A stretch of 64,000 nt of DNA. Origin: an archaeon (lineage in GTDB: Archaea > Undinarchaeota > CAZHTU01 > JBDRCC01). Below, piece after piece: positions 9,122 to 19,400 of the stretch (its first letter is position 1; every line of letters starts with the position of its first letter). Below the pieces are notes generated by a model that ran no database searches, was not told the DNA's origin, and saw only the letters and a program-made list of their open reading frames with translations. The DNA is taken from the NCBI GenBank assembly GCA_043822065.1, contig JBDRCC010000021.1, positions 54,691 to 118,690 on the forward strand, given 5' to 3'. Made by a program: the position numbers and the translations under genes.

Positions 9122-10282
9122 ATGGGAGAATTTCTTCCTTCTGACAGGATGGCACGCATACGCCCATCCCGCATACGCGAGCTGTTCGACCTTGCGCAGG
9201 GAGTCGAGGGCATAATAAGCTTCGGCATAGGCGAGCCCGACTTCAACACCCCTGAGCACATAAAGGAAGCCTGCAAAAAGTCGCTCGACAGCAACCAGAC
9301 GCACTACTCCCCGACCGCCGGGATTTTCGAGCTCAGAAAGGCGCTTGCGGAGAAATACCAGACCCAGTACAACACCACTTACGACCCGAAGTCCGAGATA
9401 CTCATAACCGTCGGCGGTTGCCAGGCGCTGTTTGTCATACCGCTCTGCTTCCTCAACAAAGGCGACGAGCTGATAATCCCCGACCCGGGGTTCCTCACCT
9501 ACGAAGCGCAGGCGCACATCGCCGACGCCAAGCCGGTCTTCCTCTCAATGAAGGAGACGGACGGGTTCAAGGTGGACATTGACGCCCTCGAGAACACAAT
9601 AACGGAAAAGACCCGCATGCTCATCCTCAACTTCCCATCAAACCCTACGGGCGCGATGATGTCCAAAAAGGAGTTTGAGCAGGTAGCCGAAATCGTCGAG
9701 GGCAAGGATATCATCGTCGTTTCGGACGAGTGCTACGAGCCCATAGTCTACGACGGCTACAAGCCGGTCCACTTCGGGGAAATCCTCCGCGAGCAGACAA
9801 TCGCAATCAACAGCTTCTCAAAGACCTACGCAATGGCTGGCTGGAGGGTCGGCTTCGTCACCGCCCCCGCGGGAATGATGAAGCAGCTCTACAAGATACA
9901 GCAGTATTCAGCAGCCGCGGTGAGCACCCCGATGCAGGAGGCATGCGTTGCGGCGCTGAAGGGCCCCCAGGACGCTACAAGAAAGATGGTTGAAGCGTAC
10001 GACAAGCGGAGGAAGTTCCTCGTCCGCGCCCTCAACGATGTCGACGGAATCACCTGCCCGAACCCCGGCGGAGCCTTCTACGTCTTCCCAAACATAAAGG
10101 AAACAGGCAAGACATCCGACGAGGTCGCCAAGCACCTGCTCACCGACGCAAAGGTCGTCACCGTCCCCGGAAACTCGTTCGGCGCGCACGGTGAGGGCTA
10201 CCTGCGGCTGACTTATGCCACCTCAATGGCGCAGATAAAAGAGGGGGCGGAAAGGATAAAAGAATCAATCGCTAAATTGTAA
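9122..10282 (+). CDS. PLP-dependent class I/II (aspartate/aromatic) aminotransferase
   Basis: GEPDF, NFPSNPTG, SDECY and SFSKTYAMAGWRVG (PLP lysine). Confidence 0.93.
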   Translation: MGEFLPSDRMARIRPSRIRELFDLAQGVEGIISFGIGEPDFNTPEHIKEACKKSLDSNQTHYSPTAGIFELRKALAEKYQTQYNTTYDPKSEILITVGGCQALFVIPLCFLNKGDELIIPDPGFLTYEAQAHIADAKPVFLSMKETDGFKVDIDALENTITEKTRMLILNFPSNPTGAMMSKKEFEQVAEIVEGKDIIVVSDECYEPIVYDGYKPVHFGEILREQTIAINSFSKTYAMAGWRVGFVTAPAGMMKQLYKIQQYSAAAVSTPMQEACVAALKGPQDATRKMVEAYDKRRKFLVRALNDVDGITCPNPGGAFYVFPNIKETGKTSDEVAKHLLTDAKVVTVPGNSFGAHGEGYLRLTYATSMAQIKEGAERIKESIAKL

Positions 10283-10283
10283 G

Positions 10284-12146
10284 ATGGCAGATATTCTCGT
10301 TTCCGCAAAGCCAGGCACCCAGCTCCTTCTTCTAGGAAATGAAGCCATAGTGCGCGGGGCGCTCGAGGCTGGCGTGTCATTCGTCTCGGCATACCCTGGC
10401 ACGCCATCGTCAGAAATCTGCGACACATTCTCCAGGATTGCCAGGGACGCCGGGATTTACATGGAATACTCTACCAACGAGCTGGTCGCCCTTGAGGCGG
10501 CAGCCGGCGCGGCACTCTGCGGCGTGAAATCCATGACGAGCATGAAGCATGTCGGGCTCAACGTCGCTGCAGACGCGCTGATGTCCCTCGCATACGGGAA
10601 AATCAAGGGCGGCTTAGTCATCGTTTCAGCCGACGACCCCGGCTGCCACAGCTCCCAGAACGAGCAGGACAACAGGCTCTACGGGCAGCTTTCCTACCTT
10701 CCAATCCTCAGCCCCTCCGACCCGCAGGAGGCAGGGCAAATGGCAAAGGAGGCGTTCCTGGTTTCCGAGAGTCACCAGTGCCCGGTCATACTCCACACCA
10801 CCACCCGCGTAAGCCATGCGGCGAGCCAGATAAAAATCCAGCCGAAGCCCCAGCCAAAGCTAAAGGGCGAGTTCACAAAGGACATGCAGCACCACGTCAT
10901 GCTCCCGCTCAACGCAAGGAAGAACCGCAAGGAAATCATCCAGCGCCTTGAAACGCTCCGCTCCGAGCACGAGAAATCCTGGTTCAACAGCCTTTCCGGG
11001 AATTCCGATTTCGGGATACTCACCTCGGGAGTCTCCTACAACTACGTCCTTGAGGCCCTCTCCTCCCTGAAGCTCAAGGCGAAGGTGCTCAAGATAGGCA
11101 CAATACACCCGCTCCCAGAAAAGCTCATTTCCAAGTTCCTCACGGGGCTCAAGACCGCCCTCGTCGTTGAGGAGCTTGAGCCGTACCTCGAGCTGAACCT
11201 CCGCGCAATTGCGAAGGACGCGAACCCCAAGGTGAAACTACTCGGCAAGGCATCCAAGCACATCCCGCTCGACGGCGAGCTCAACACAAGGATAGTTACT
11301 GAAGCGCTCGCTGCAATACGGAAAAAGAAGCCGCCAGTCGACTACTCCAGGCGCGACGCCCTCGTCCGCAAGATAACCCTCCTCCTCCCCACCCGCCCGC
11401 CAGTCATGTGCCCCGGCTGCTCCCACAGGTCGGCATACTACGCAATCCAGAAAGCCACGAAGAAGTCCGCAGTCTACCCGGGCGACATCGGCTGCTACAC
11501 CCTTTCCGCCCTCCCCCCGCAGCGGGCGATGGACACCTGCATCTGCATGGGCGCGAGCACGGGGATATCCTGCGGCGCCTCAAAGGTTTGCGGCAAGCCG
11601 GTAATCGCCTCGGTCGGCGACTCGACGTTCATGCACGGCGCGATACCCGGCCTGATAAACGCGGTCTACAACAATGCAAAGTTCACCTTAGTCCTCCTTG
11701 ACAACACTACAACCGCAATGACCGGCCACCAGCCGCACCCCGGGACAGGCGTAGCCGGCGGCGGGAGAAAGACCACGATGGTAATGCCGGAGGACGTTGC
11801 GCGCGGATGCGGCGTCAAATTCGTAGAGGTCGTTGACGCTTTTGACACTAAAAAAGTCCAGGATGTCATCAGCCGCTCGCTCCACCACGACGGCGTCTCC
11901 GTCGTCATATGCAGGCAGGAGTGCGCATACCTCCTCAACAGGCGCAGGGTCAAGACACGCGAGAAGATAATACCCTACAAGGTCAACGCGGACAAGTGCA
12001 TCGGGTGCAAGCACTGCATAAACGACTTCGGCTGCCCCGCAATCCTCCTGCGCGGGGACAAGGTTTACGTAGACGCCATGCTGTGCAACGGCTGCGGGGT
12101 CTGCGAGCAGGTCTGCCCTGTTAAGGCGATAGGGAGGGAGCAATGA
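10284..12146 (+). CDS. iorA: Indolepyruvate:ferredoxin oxidoreductase alpha subunit
   Basis: LLGNEAIVRGA, YPGTPSSE, MKHVGLNVAAD, SSQNEQD, CPGCSH, GDIGCY, GDSTF and C-terminal 2x[4Fe-4S] motifs. Confidence 0.95.
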   Translation: MADILVSAKPGTQLLLLGNEAIVRGALEAGVSFVSAYPGTPSSEICDTFSRIARDAGIYMEYSTNELVALEAAAGAALCGVKSMTSMKHVGLNVAADALMSLAYGKIKGGLVIVSADDPGCHSSQNEQDNRLYGQLSYLPILSPSDPQEAGQMAKEAFLVSESHQCPVILHTTTRVSHAASQIKIQPKPQPKLKGEFTKDMQHHVMLPLNARKNRKEIIQRLETLRSEHEKSWFNSLSGNSDFGILTSGVSYNYVLEALSSLKLKAKVLKIGTIHPLPEKLISKFLTGLKTALVVEELEPYLELNLRAIAKDANPKVKLLGKASKHIPLDGELNTRIVTEALAAIRKKKPPVDYSRRDALVRKITLLLPTRPPVMCPGCSHRSAYYAIQKATKKSAVYPGDIGCYTLSALPPQRAMDTCICMGASTGISCGASKVCGKPVIASVGDSTFMHGAIPGLINAVYNNAKFTLVLLDNTTTAMTGHQPHPGTGVAGGGRKTTMVMPEDVARGCGVKFVEVVDAFDTKKVQDVISRSLHHDGVSVVICRQECAYLLNRRRVKTREKIIPYKVNADKCIGCKHCINDFGCPAILLRGDKVYVDAMLCNGCGVCEQVCPVKAIGREQ

Positions 12147-12736
12147 AAACCCTCAACATAGTTGTCGGCAGCGTCGGCGGCCAGGGCGCAATCCTCCTCT
12201 CAAGGCTCCTTGCCAACACTGCGATGAAGGCCGGCATCAACATCAGGGTTGGCGAGACCCACGGGATGGCCCAGCGGGGCGGGGTCGTCGAGACGCACAT
12301 CCGGTTCGGTCCAGGCGCGAAGGGGCCGCTCGTCCCGGAGGGAGAATGCGACGTCCTTATAGGGATGGAGCCAGCAGAGGCGCTCAGGTTTGCGCACTTC
12401 ATGTCCTCGAAAGGCACAATCCTGTGCAACACACACCGGATAGTCCCGGTCCCAGTTTCGCTCGGCTTTGCAAAATACGCTGAAAATAGTGAACTCATCT
12501 CCTCACTTGGGAAATTCTGCAAGGACGTCCGCGCGTTTGACGCGACAGCGCTTTCTGCCCAGGCCGGGAACAATATCGCAACCAACGTCGTGATGGTCGG
12601 CGCCATTGCCGCCCTTGGCGTCCTGCCTTTCAAGACCGAGGACCTGAGGGAGGAGATTGCCACCCTTCTGCCGAAATACAAGGAAGTGAACCTGAAGGCG
12701 TTTGACCTCGGGTACGGCCAAATCAAAGGGAAATGA
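12143..12736 (+). CDS. iorB: Indolepyruvate:ferredoxin oxidoreductase beta subunit
   Basis: VGGQG and ETHGMAQRGGVV motifs; ATGA overlap with iorA. Confidence 0.95.
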   Translation: MKTLNIVVGSVGGQGAILLSRLLANTAMKAGINIRVGETHGMAQRGGVVETHIRFGPGAKGPLVPEGECDVLIGMEPAEALRFAHFMSSKGTILCNTHRIVPVPVSLGFAKYAENSELISSLGKFCKDVRAFDATALSAQAGNNIATNVVMVGAIAALGVLPFKTEDLREEIATLLPKYKEVNLKAFDLGYGQIKGK

Positions 12737-13586
12737 AAATACCGCTCAAACGGTTTGGGGTGAGCTTTTCTTCCATGGTAGCGCTTGACATGGATTCTCA
12801 CTGGTGTGGCGGCTTTGGCGGGGCTGCAGCCGCAGTCATAAACGGGCTTGCGGCCATATCGCATGAGATTGGGCTCGGATACGTGGAGCTCGGGATGGTT
12901 TCGCCTATACTCCCTCCATCATTCTACGCAGAAAATGCCAGCCTGATCCGCGAAACGCTTTCCGGGCTCTCCCTCACCGTCCACACTGACTGCTGGCAGG
13001 GCACATCCCTCATAAGCCCAAGCGATGCCGTGCGCAGCGCAGCAGTATCCGAGCTCTCAAATCAAATCCAAATTGCGGCGACAGTCGGAGGAACAATAGC
13101 AGTCGTCCACCCAAACATAATTGATTCGCCTGCTAAGGTAGTCCAGACGCATACTGACCGCACTCTTGCAGAGTCGCTTAGGAAGCTTGCCTCAGTCGCG
13201 TCAGACAATGGGTTACTGCTCGGGCTCGAGAATATGTCCCCGAAGTGCGGCTACTGTGTCACGCTCTCAGAAATAGAGCGCATCCTGTCAATGGGCGGTT
13301 GGAGGATGTCGGCGTCGTGCTCGATACAGGCCACAGCATATGGGGCGGGGAGGATGCTACATCCTTTTTCGAAAGGCTCGGCGCCAGGGTGATACATGTC
13401 CACCTCCACGACAGTCCAATCGACAAGGAGGGGGCGCACATAGCCCTCGGCGAGGGGAAACTTGACGTAATGAGATTCCTAAAATCCGCGAAGGATTACA
13501 AGGGTGCATTCATCCTCGAGATGAAATCTGAAGCGGACATCAGAAAGAGCGTAGCCTACCTTAAACAGGCAGGCATCATCAATTAG
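12733..13586 (+). pseudogene. Sugar phosphate isomerase/epimerase (AP-endonuclease-2 TIM barrel), frameshifted near 13295-13300
   Basis: N-half (VVHP, LGLENM) is in one frame; C-half (LDTGH, HVHLHD, HIALGEG, ILE) is in the -1 frame. One extra T in GGCGGTTGGAG restores GGLEDVGVVLDTGH. Confidence 0.8.
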
Positions 13587-14001
13587 TGCCGCGTTTTCTG
13601 AACCGCAGCTCCAAAACATAACTCCGCAGCCTCTTCCAGAGGCGGCCAGTGTACGCAAGCTTTACCGCCATCTCCAAAGTGAAGCCCAGTCTCGCAGGGT
13701 AAATCAAGTTGCCTTTTTGCGGACAGAACCCTTTTGGAAGCGCACCAGCAATCCACCCTGGAAGCGCAAGTTCGTTAGCCGGTCCGCTCTTCTTAATCTT
13801 ATACCCAAGCTCATACAAAGATGCCATATCGCCCGCAGTTATCGACACGGTGAGTTTTCCGCCAAGCCTGCTTTTCACCCATCTCTTGTCAAGCCACATC
13901 TCCTTGGCGCTTTCTTTCCCAACGATTACTATGTCATCCCCACTGAAGTCTATCCTCGACAGCGGCTCGGAGTCCTTTAGGCTGATAGTCTTTTCCGGCA
14001 T
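13579..14001 (-). CDS. Hypothetical protein
   Basis: 140-aa ORF with ATG start and a TATA-like box upstream; convergent with the previous gene. Confidence 0.55.
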   Translation of the reverse strand: MPEKTISLKDSEPLSRIDFSGDDIVIVGKESAKEMWLDKRWVKSRLGGKLTVSITAGDMASLYELGYKIKKSGPANELALPGWIAGALPKGFCPQKGNLIYPARLGFTLEMAVKLAYTGRLWKRLRSYVLELRFRKRGTN

Positions 14002-14075
14002 GACATAAATATTGCTGCTACTAGTTTATAACCCTAGCTCGAAATGTATAAATCCGCCTTGCGTATCCCTATCCC

Positions 14076-14447
14076 ATGTTTTGGGACTTTGTCGGAGTAA
14101 CCGCCGCGGCTCTGGTTTCTGCCAGCTTCCTCGCCCAGATACACAAGGGATGGAAAACGAAAAAGATGGATGACGTTTCCGGCTGGATGTTCCTGATAAT
14201 CCTCGCCGGCATGCTCCTATGGCTCCTGTACGGCATCCACATACAAGATAACATAATCATCGGTGCGAACGCCGTCGGATGCAGTTTGCAGGCGGTAATC
14301 CTCCTTATGAAACGCCAGCTCCAGACCCGAAACCCAGCCTTTTCTTTTGGAAGAAAGGCTCTGGATCACCCAAAAGAAACCAATAGTCTTTGCCTCTACC
14401 GAAATATAAAAACTCAAGGCCTTCGAGCCAGGCTACAAGCAGATTAA
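14076..14447 (+). CDS. SemiSWEET/MtN3 (PQ-loop) 3-TM transporter with aberrant C-terminal extension
   Basis: FLAQIHKGWKTKKMDDVS...LWLLYGI...IIGAN pattern (AQ instead of PQ). The last ~40 codons read through a dispersed repeat. Confidence 0.8.
   Translation: MFWDFVGVTAAALVSASFLAQIHKGWKTKKMDDVSGWMFLIILAGMLLWLLYGIHIQDNIIIGANAVGCSLQAVILLMKRQLQTRNPAFSFGRKALDHPKETNSLCLYRNIKTQGLRARLQAD
14336..14386. repeat. Dispersed Y-R-R hairpin/triplex-type repeat, copy B
   Basis: AGCCTTTTCTTTTGGAAGAAAGGCT-N10-CAAAAGAAACCAATAG. Confidence 0.7.
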
Positions 14448-14464
14448 AGAAATATGATATTTAC

Positions 14465-15181
14465 TTATTTTCTCAAACTTTTTAGAATGACCAGTTCGTC
14501 ATCTGCCAAAACATTCTCCAATGCCTTTTCAATCTCTATATCCAATAACCCTCTCTGCTCAAAGCCGAACTTCTCTTTTAGCACTTCTCTCATCTCATCC
14601 TCTGGCGCATGAACCGACATAACCTTTTTCCTTTGGACATAGGCGGCAGCCAAAGCAAAATCATTCATAGCAACAAAGATGCCCCTTACCCCTTTGGAGC
14701 TTCTGTATCGTGGGGCGATATAAATGCTAAAGCCAATTATCCTATCCTTCAAAAAGGCAGTTTCCATAACTCCTACCGGCCTGCCACCGATAAATGCAAC
14801 TATTACCGTGTACGGCTGCCGCCTATTGAGGGAGCTCTTGTAGTACTCTAGGGCAGCTTCTATCTCGTTCGGGGATGCCTCAGCAACATGTTTAGGGAGC
14901 CGGTATCCCCTACAGTAAAATCCTATTTCTCCTTTCACATCCTCAAAATGAAGGGAATACCAGCCCAAATAAAGCGACTCGGAATCGCTCTCGTTAAACT
15001 TCTTTACCAATGGACCCATGTTAACAATTTTCCTCTCCCCCTTTGTTCCATAGACTTCTTTTAGCACCCGTTCCTTGTTTTGCGCATTCAAGCCCTCAAT
15101 ATAAAATCCATCTGGGAGGTCTTCTAAATTATTGAACATGGACAGAAAGTCAGCCTTCTCAAGCCTTAAATCAAGTCGCAT
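14465..15181 (-). CDS. Protein with C-terminal GNAT-like acetyltransferase fold (AT-rich islet)
   Basis: IVAFIGGRPVG...SIYIAPRYRSSKG...KFGF resembles GNAT motifs A/B. Confidence 0.55.
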   Translation of the reverse strand: MRLDLRLEKADFLSMFNNLEDLPDGFYIEGLNAQNKERVLKEVYGTKGERKIVNMGPLVKKFNESDSESLYLGWYSLHFEDVKGEIGFYCRGYRLPKHVAEASPNEIEAALEYYKSSLNRRQPYTVIVAFIGGRPVGVMETAFLKDRIIGFSIYIAPRYRSSKGVRGIFVAMNDFALAAAYVQRKKVMSVHAPEDEMREVLKEKFGFEQRGLLDIEIEKALENVLADDELVILKSLRK

Positions 15182-15277
15182 GACTATGCTTACTACCTTA
15201 CAGATATTTAATAATTAGTCCTTATTATTTCAAGACCAGAAATATAAAAACTAAAACAGCATAATCTTGATAATAAC

Positions 15278-15679
15278 ATGAAAATAGAGTTTGGTCTTTT
15301 CACAATAACTGCCATGCAAGGAACCTGCCCGATGGGCTTCTTTATAGATGTGGAGGGGAAATGGGTTGAGAGAATCTTTAAACGAGAATTTGATGGCATC
15401 AAAACAGAGGACATACTCAAGACCGTTAAAAAAATTACTGATGACCGAGCTGACGTTTATGGAAGCGAGGATCTCCGATGGCAATTCGTAATATCAAAAA
15501 ATAGTAGTATGCTAAAGTTGATCAGCATCCAAGGAGTCGATGCATGCATACTCCCAGATCTAAAGAACCCTCAGCAAATTGATTGGTTGATAAATTTTCA
15601 CAATTATCTCTGCGATCTTCTAAAACAAGACAACCTTAAAGTCGAGGAGAAACAAATCTCCAAACAGCTGGAAAAATGA
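15278..15679 (+). CDS. Hypothetical protein (AT-rich islet)
   Basis: 133-aa ORF with a TATAAA box upstream and an ATGA overlap with alaX. Confidence 0.6.
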   Translation: MKIEFGLFTITAMQGTCPMGFFIDVEGKWVERIFKREFDGIKTEDILKTVKKITDDRADVYGSEDLRWQFVISKNSSMLKLISIQGVDACILPDLKNPQQIDWLINFHNYLCDLLKQDNLKVEEKQISKQLEK

Positions 15680-16386
15680 CTGAAATGCTCTACATGACTG
15701 ACAACTACGTAAAAGAGTTCGACGCCCAAGTCCAGGAAGCAGGAGACGGCTACGTCATCCTCGACAGGACAGCCTTCTACCCCCTCGGCGGCGGGCAGGA
15801 GACCGACCAGGGCTGGTTGGAACTCGAAGGCAAAAAAATATTCGTTAAGGAAGTAACAAAAAAGGACGGCGTCAAGCACTTCCTCGACGGGGAGGTTCCC
15901 CCGAAAGGCGCCAAAGTCCATGGCATCATAGACTGGGACCGGCGGTACGCGCACATGCGGATGCACACCGCCCAGCATTTGATATCTGCTGTTGGCGCGC
16001 GCATGTACAATCTTGATACCCGCGGCAACCAGATACATGCCGACAGGTCGCGAGTTGACTTCTACCCAGCACATTTTGACGATGCCGGGCTGAAAAAGCT
16101 AGAGGACGAGTGCAACCGGGTAATCGCAGAAAACCATCCAATAAAAATATTCGAAGTCCCGAGAGAGGAAGCAAAGCAGAAGATTGCCAGGGTGTGGCGG
16201 GGGTACATCGACCGGGTGCCGCCATCAGTGAAAATCCTCCGCATGGTGGAAATAGACGGCGTAGACTGCTGCATGTGCGCCGGCACGCACATTTCAAACA
16301 CCTCCGAAATCGGCAGGATTAAAATCCTCGGCAAGGACAACAAGGGCTCTGACATCGAGCGCGTAACTTACACCCTTGAGATGTAG
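15676..16386 (+). CDS. alaXM: Alanyl-tRNA editing protein AlaX-M
   Basis: LDRTAFYPLGGGQETD, HMRMHTAQHL (HxxxH) and CAGTH (CxxxH) motifs. Confidence 0.93.
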   Translation: MTEMLYMTDNYVKEFDAQVQEAGDGYVILDRTAFYPLGGGQETDQGWLELEGKKIFVKEVTKKDGVKHFLDGEVPPKGAKVHGIIDWDRRYAHMRMHTAQHLISAVGARMYNLDTRGNQIHADRSRVDFYPAHFDDAGLKKLEDECNRVIAENHPIKIFEVPREEAKQKIARVWRGYIDRVPPSVKILRMVEIDGVDCCMCAGTHISNTSEIGRIKILGKDNKGSDIERVTYTLEM

Positions 16387-16469
16387 CCAATAACCTTTTA
16401 ATTCTGGCGACCAATATCCCTCCAAACTCTCTTAAACCCATTAAAACTTCCTTAATCCCCCGGGTTTAT

Positions 16470-19400
16470 ATGGCAAGCCAAAAATTCGACCCAATAAAAA
16501 TCGAGGAGGAAGTCCTCACGTACTGGAAGGAGAAGGACCTATCCGCCCTCCTAAAGAAGAAATACGAGGGCAAGAAGAAGTACTATTTCCTCGACGGCCC
16601 GCCCTACATGAACATGCCCCCGCACGTCGGGCACGCAAGGACGAGGGCAATCCGCGACCTGATTCTCAAATACAAGCGAATGAACGGCTACGACGTCCGC
16701 CTCCAGGCGGGGCACGACTGCCACGGCCTGCCCATAGAGGTCAAGGTTGAGGAGGAGATAGGCTCAAGGACGAAGGACGACATTGAGGCGTACGGCATTG
16801 ACAAGTTCCTGGCTAAGTGCAGGGAGCGCGCAGAGCGCTTCGTCTCGGTTTGGTCTGACTTCTACGAGAGGTTTGGCCTCCACCTGTGGTTCGACAACCC
16901 GTACATGACCATGGACAACAAGTTCATCGAGTCCTCCTGGCACTTCTTCAAGCAGGCGGAGAAGAAGAAGCTCCTCTACAAGGGCTCAAGGATAGTCGAG
17001 TGGTGCCCGCGGTGCGAGACCCCGCTCTCGAACTACGAGGCTGCTGACAACTACAAGGACGTCAGCGACATTTCGGTATACGTCCGCTTCCCAGTCTCCG
17101 GAAAAAAGAACGAGCACCTTTTGATTTGGACAACCACCCCCTGGACCCTTCCCGCAAACATGTGCGTTGCGGTCAACCCGAAATTCACCTACGCCCGCGT
17201 CAAGCACGGTGGCGAGATACTCATAATGGCGAAGGAGCTCGCCCCGGCGGTCATGAAAGCCTGTGGCATTGAGCAGTACGCCATCCTCGACGAGTTCAAG
17301 GGCGAGAAGCTCCTTGGAACGAAATACGTCCACCCCCTCCGTGATGAGGTCCCAATCCAGAAGGACTTCAGGGACAAGAACATCCACTCGGTCGTCTTCG
17401 CAGACTACGTCACCCTCGAGGACGGAACCGGCTGCGTCCACACCGCACCAGGGCACGGGACTGACGACTACAACACTGGCGTTAAGTACAAGATATCCCT
17501 CTTCAGCCCGGTCGACGAGAAGGGCAGGATGACTAAAGAGGGCGGGAAATATGCAGGTGAGTACGTCAAGGACGCAAACCGGCTGGTAATACACGACCTC
17601 AACCAGAAAAAGCTCCTGCTGAAGGAAAGCGCTATCGAGCACCGCTACGCCCACTGCTGGAGGTGCGGGACGCCGATAGTCACAAGGGCTTCTGCCCAGT
17701 GGTTCATCGCAGTCGAGAAAATCAGGGACAAGCTCATCAGGGAGAACAAGAAGGTCCAGTGGGTCCCTGCATGGGCTGGGGAAAAGAGGTTCCACAACTG
17801 GCTTGAGGGCGCGCGCGACTGGTGCATCTCAAGGCAGAGGTACTGGGGCATACCCCTTCCGATATGGCAGTGCGGGTGCGGGAAATACGAGGTGCTCGGC
17901 TCCCTGGAAGAGATACGGAAGAAGGCAAAATTCGAAGGCAGCCCTGACCTGCACAAGCCCTTCATGGACTCGCTCAAATGGAAATGCTCATGCGGCAAGG
18001 AGATGAGGCGCGTCCCGGACATCGCCGACGTCTGGTTTGACTCCGGCTCCACCACCTGGACAACCCTGAACTACCCGCAAAACCCGAAGGAGTTCGAGCG
18101 CTGGTTCCCAGTGGACTTCATCACCGAGGGGCTCGACCAGACGCGCGGCTGGTTCTACACACTCATGGTCGAAAGCGTCGTCTGCTTCGACAAGGCGCCC
18201 TACAAGACGGTCCTGATGAACGACTTCGTCCAGGACAAGGACGGGAACAAGATGTCCAAGTCGGTCGGCAACGTCGTCGACCCCTACGACGTCATGAAGA
18301 AGCACGGTGCCGACATCCTTCGCTTCTACCTGATAAGCGAGACCCAGCCCTGGGACCAGCTCAAGTTCAACTGGGACAACGTCCTGATAACATACAAGAT
18401 GGCTAACATCCTCTGGAACTCCTACCGCTTCTCCAAGACCTACATGGACCTCGCCTCCTTCGACCCGATGCAGAAGCCGGGAGCGTCAGCCGAGGACAAA
18501 TGGCTCGTCTCAAGGACGAACAGCCTCGTGCAGGAAGTCACGGAGTGCTTCGAGAACTTCGACCTATTTACGGCGTCACGCAAGCTTTCCACTTTCATAT
18601 CTGACGACCTCAGCCGGTGGTACATTAAGCTCATACGCAACAGGACAGACGACCCGGCGGCGCTGGCTACCCTGTACTACGCAATAACGCGCCTTACCCG
18701 CATGCTCGCCCCGTTCATGCCATTCATCTCCGAGGCAATCTACCGCGACCTTGAGGGCGGCGCCTCAGTCCACGCCGAGCCCTGGCCCGCCACGGACAAG
18801 AAGGCGATAAACAGGAAGCTCGAGGACTCGATGGAAAGCGCAAAGCAGGTCTTTGAGGCGGTCTCAAGGGCGCGCCAGCGCGCCGGGATAAAGCTGAAGT
18901 ACCCGCTCAGGACGCTCTACGCCCCGAAGGCGCTCGAGCCTGTTGCCTCAGTCCTCAAGAGCCAGTGCAACGTCAAGGAAGTCGCATTCAAGACCCCCGA
19001 TGTTTCAATCCGGTGCAAGCCGCTGTTTGCGAAACTGGGCCCCAAGTTCGGGCTTAATGCAAAGGACGCAGTTGACAGGATATCCAAAGCTGACCCGGTT
19101 GCCCTCCGGAAGCAGCTGAAGAAGGGCGCCGTCAAGCTCGGCAAGTACGAGATACTCCCTGAATACGTCGAGTTCGAGGATGCCATGCCCAAGGGCATTG
19201 TCGCTGAGGAGACTGCCGCCGGCAGGGTCTACCTTGACATAGCCCAGGACAAGGAGCTCCTCGAGGAGAGCCTGGTCAGAGAGGTTATCAGAAACATTCA
19301 AGAACTAAGGAAGCTTAACAATTACATGGTTGGGGAGCGCATACTTCTCGAGGTCGAGACCGACAAGGATGCCGAGGAAATTCTGAAAAAATACGACACC

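Noticed and set aside
16387-16469. Ile-rich leader peptide before ileS (checked by analogy with serS)
   Set aside because: No upstream ATG or Ile-codon run is present. tyrS has none either, since it shares a short divergent promoter region.
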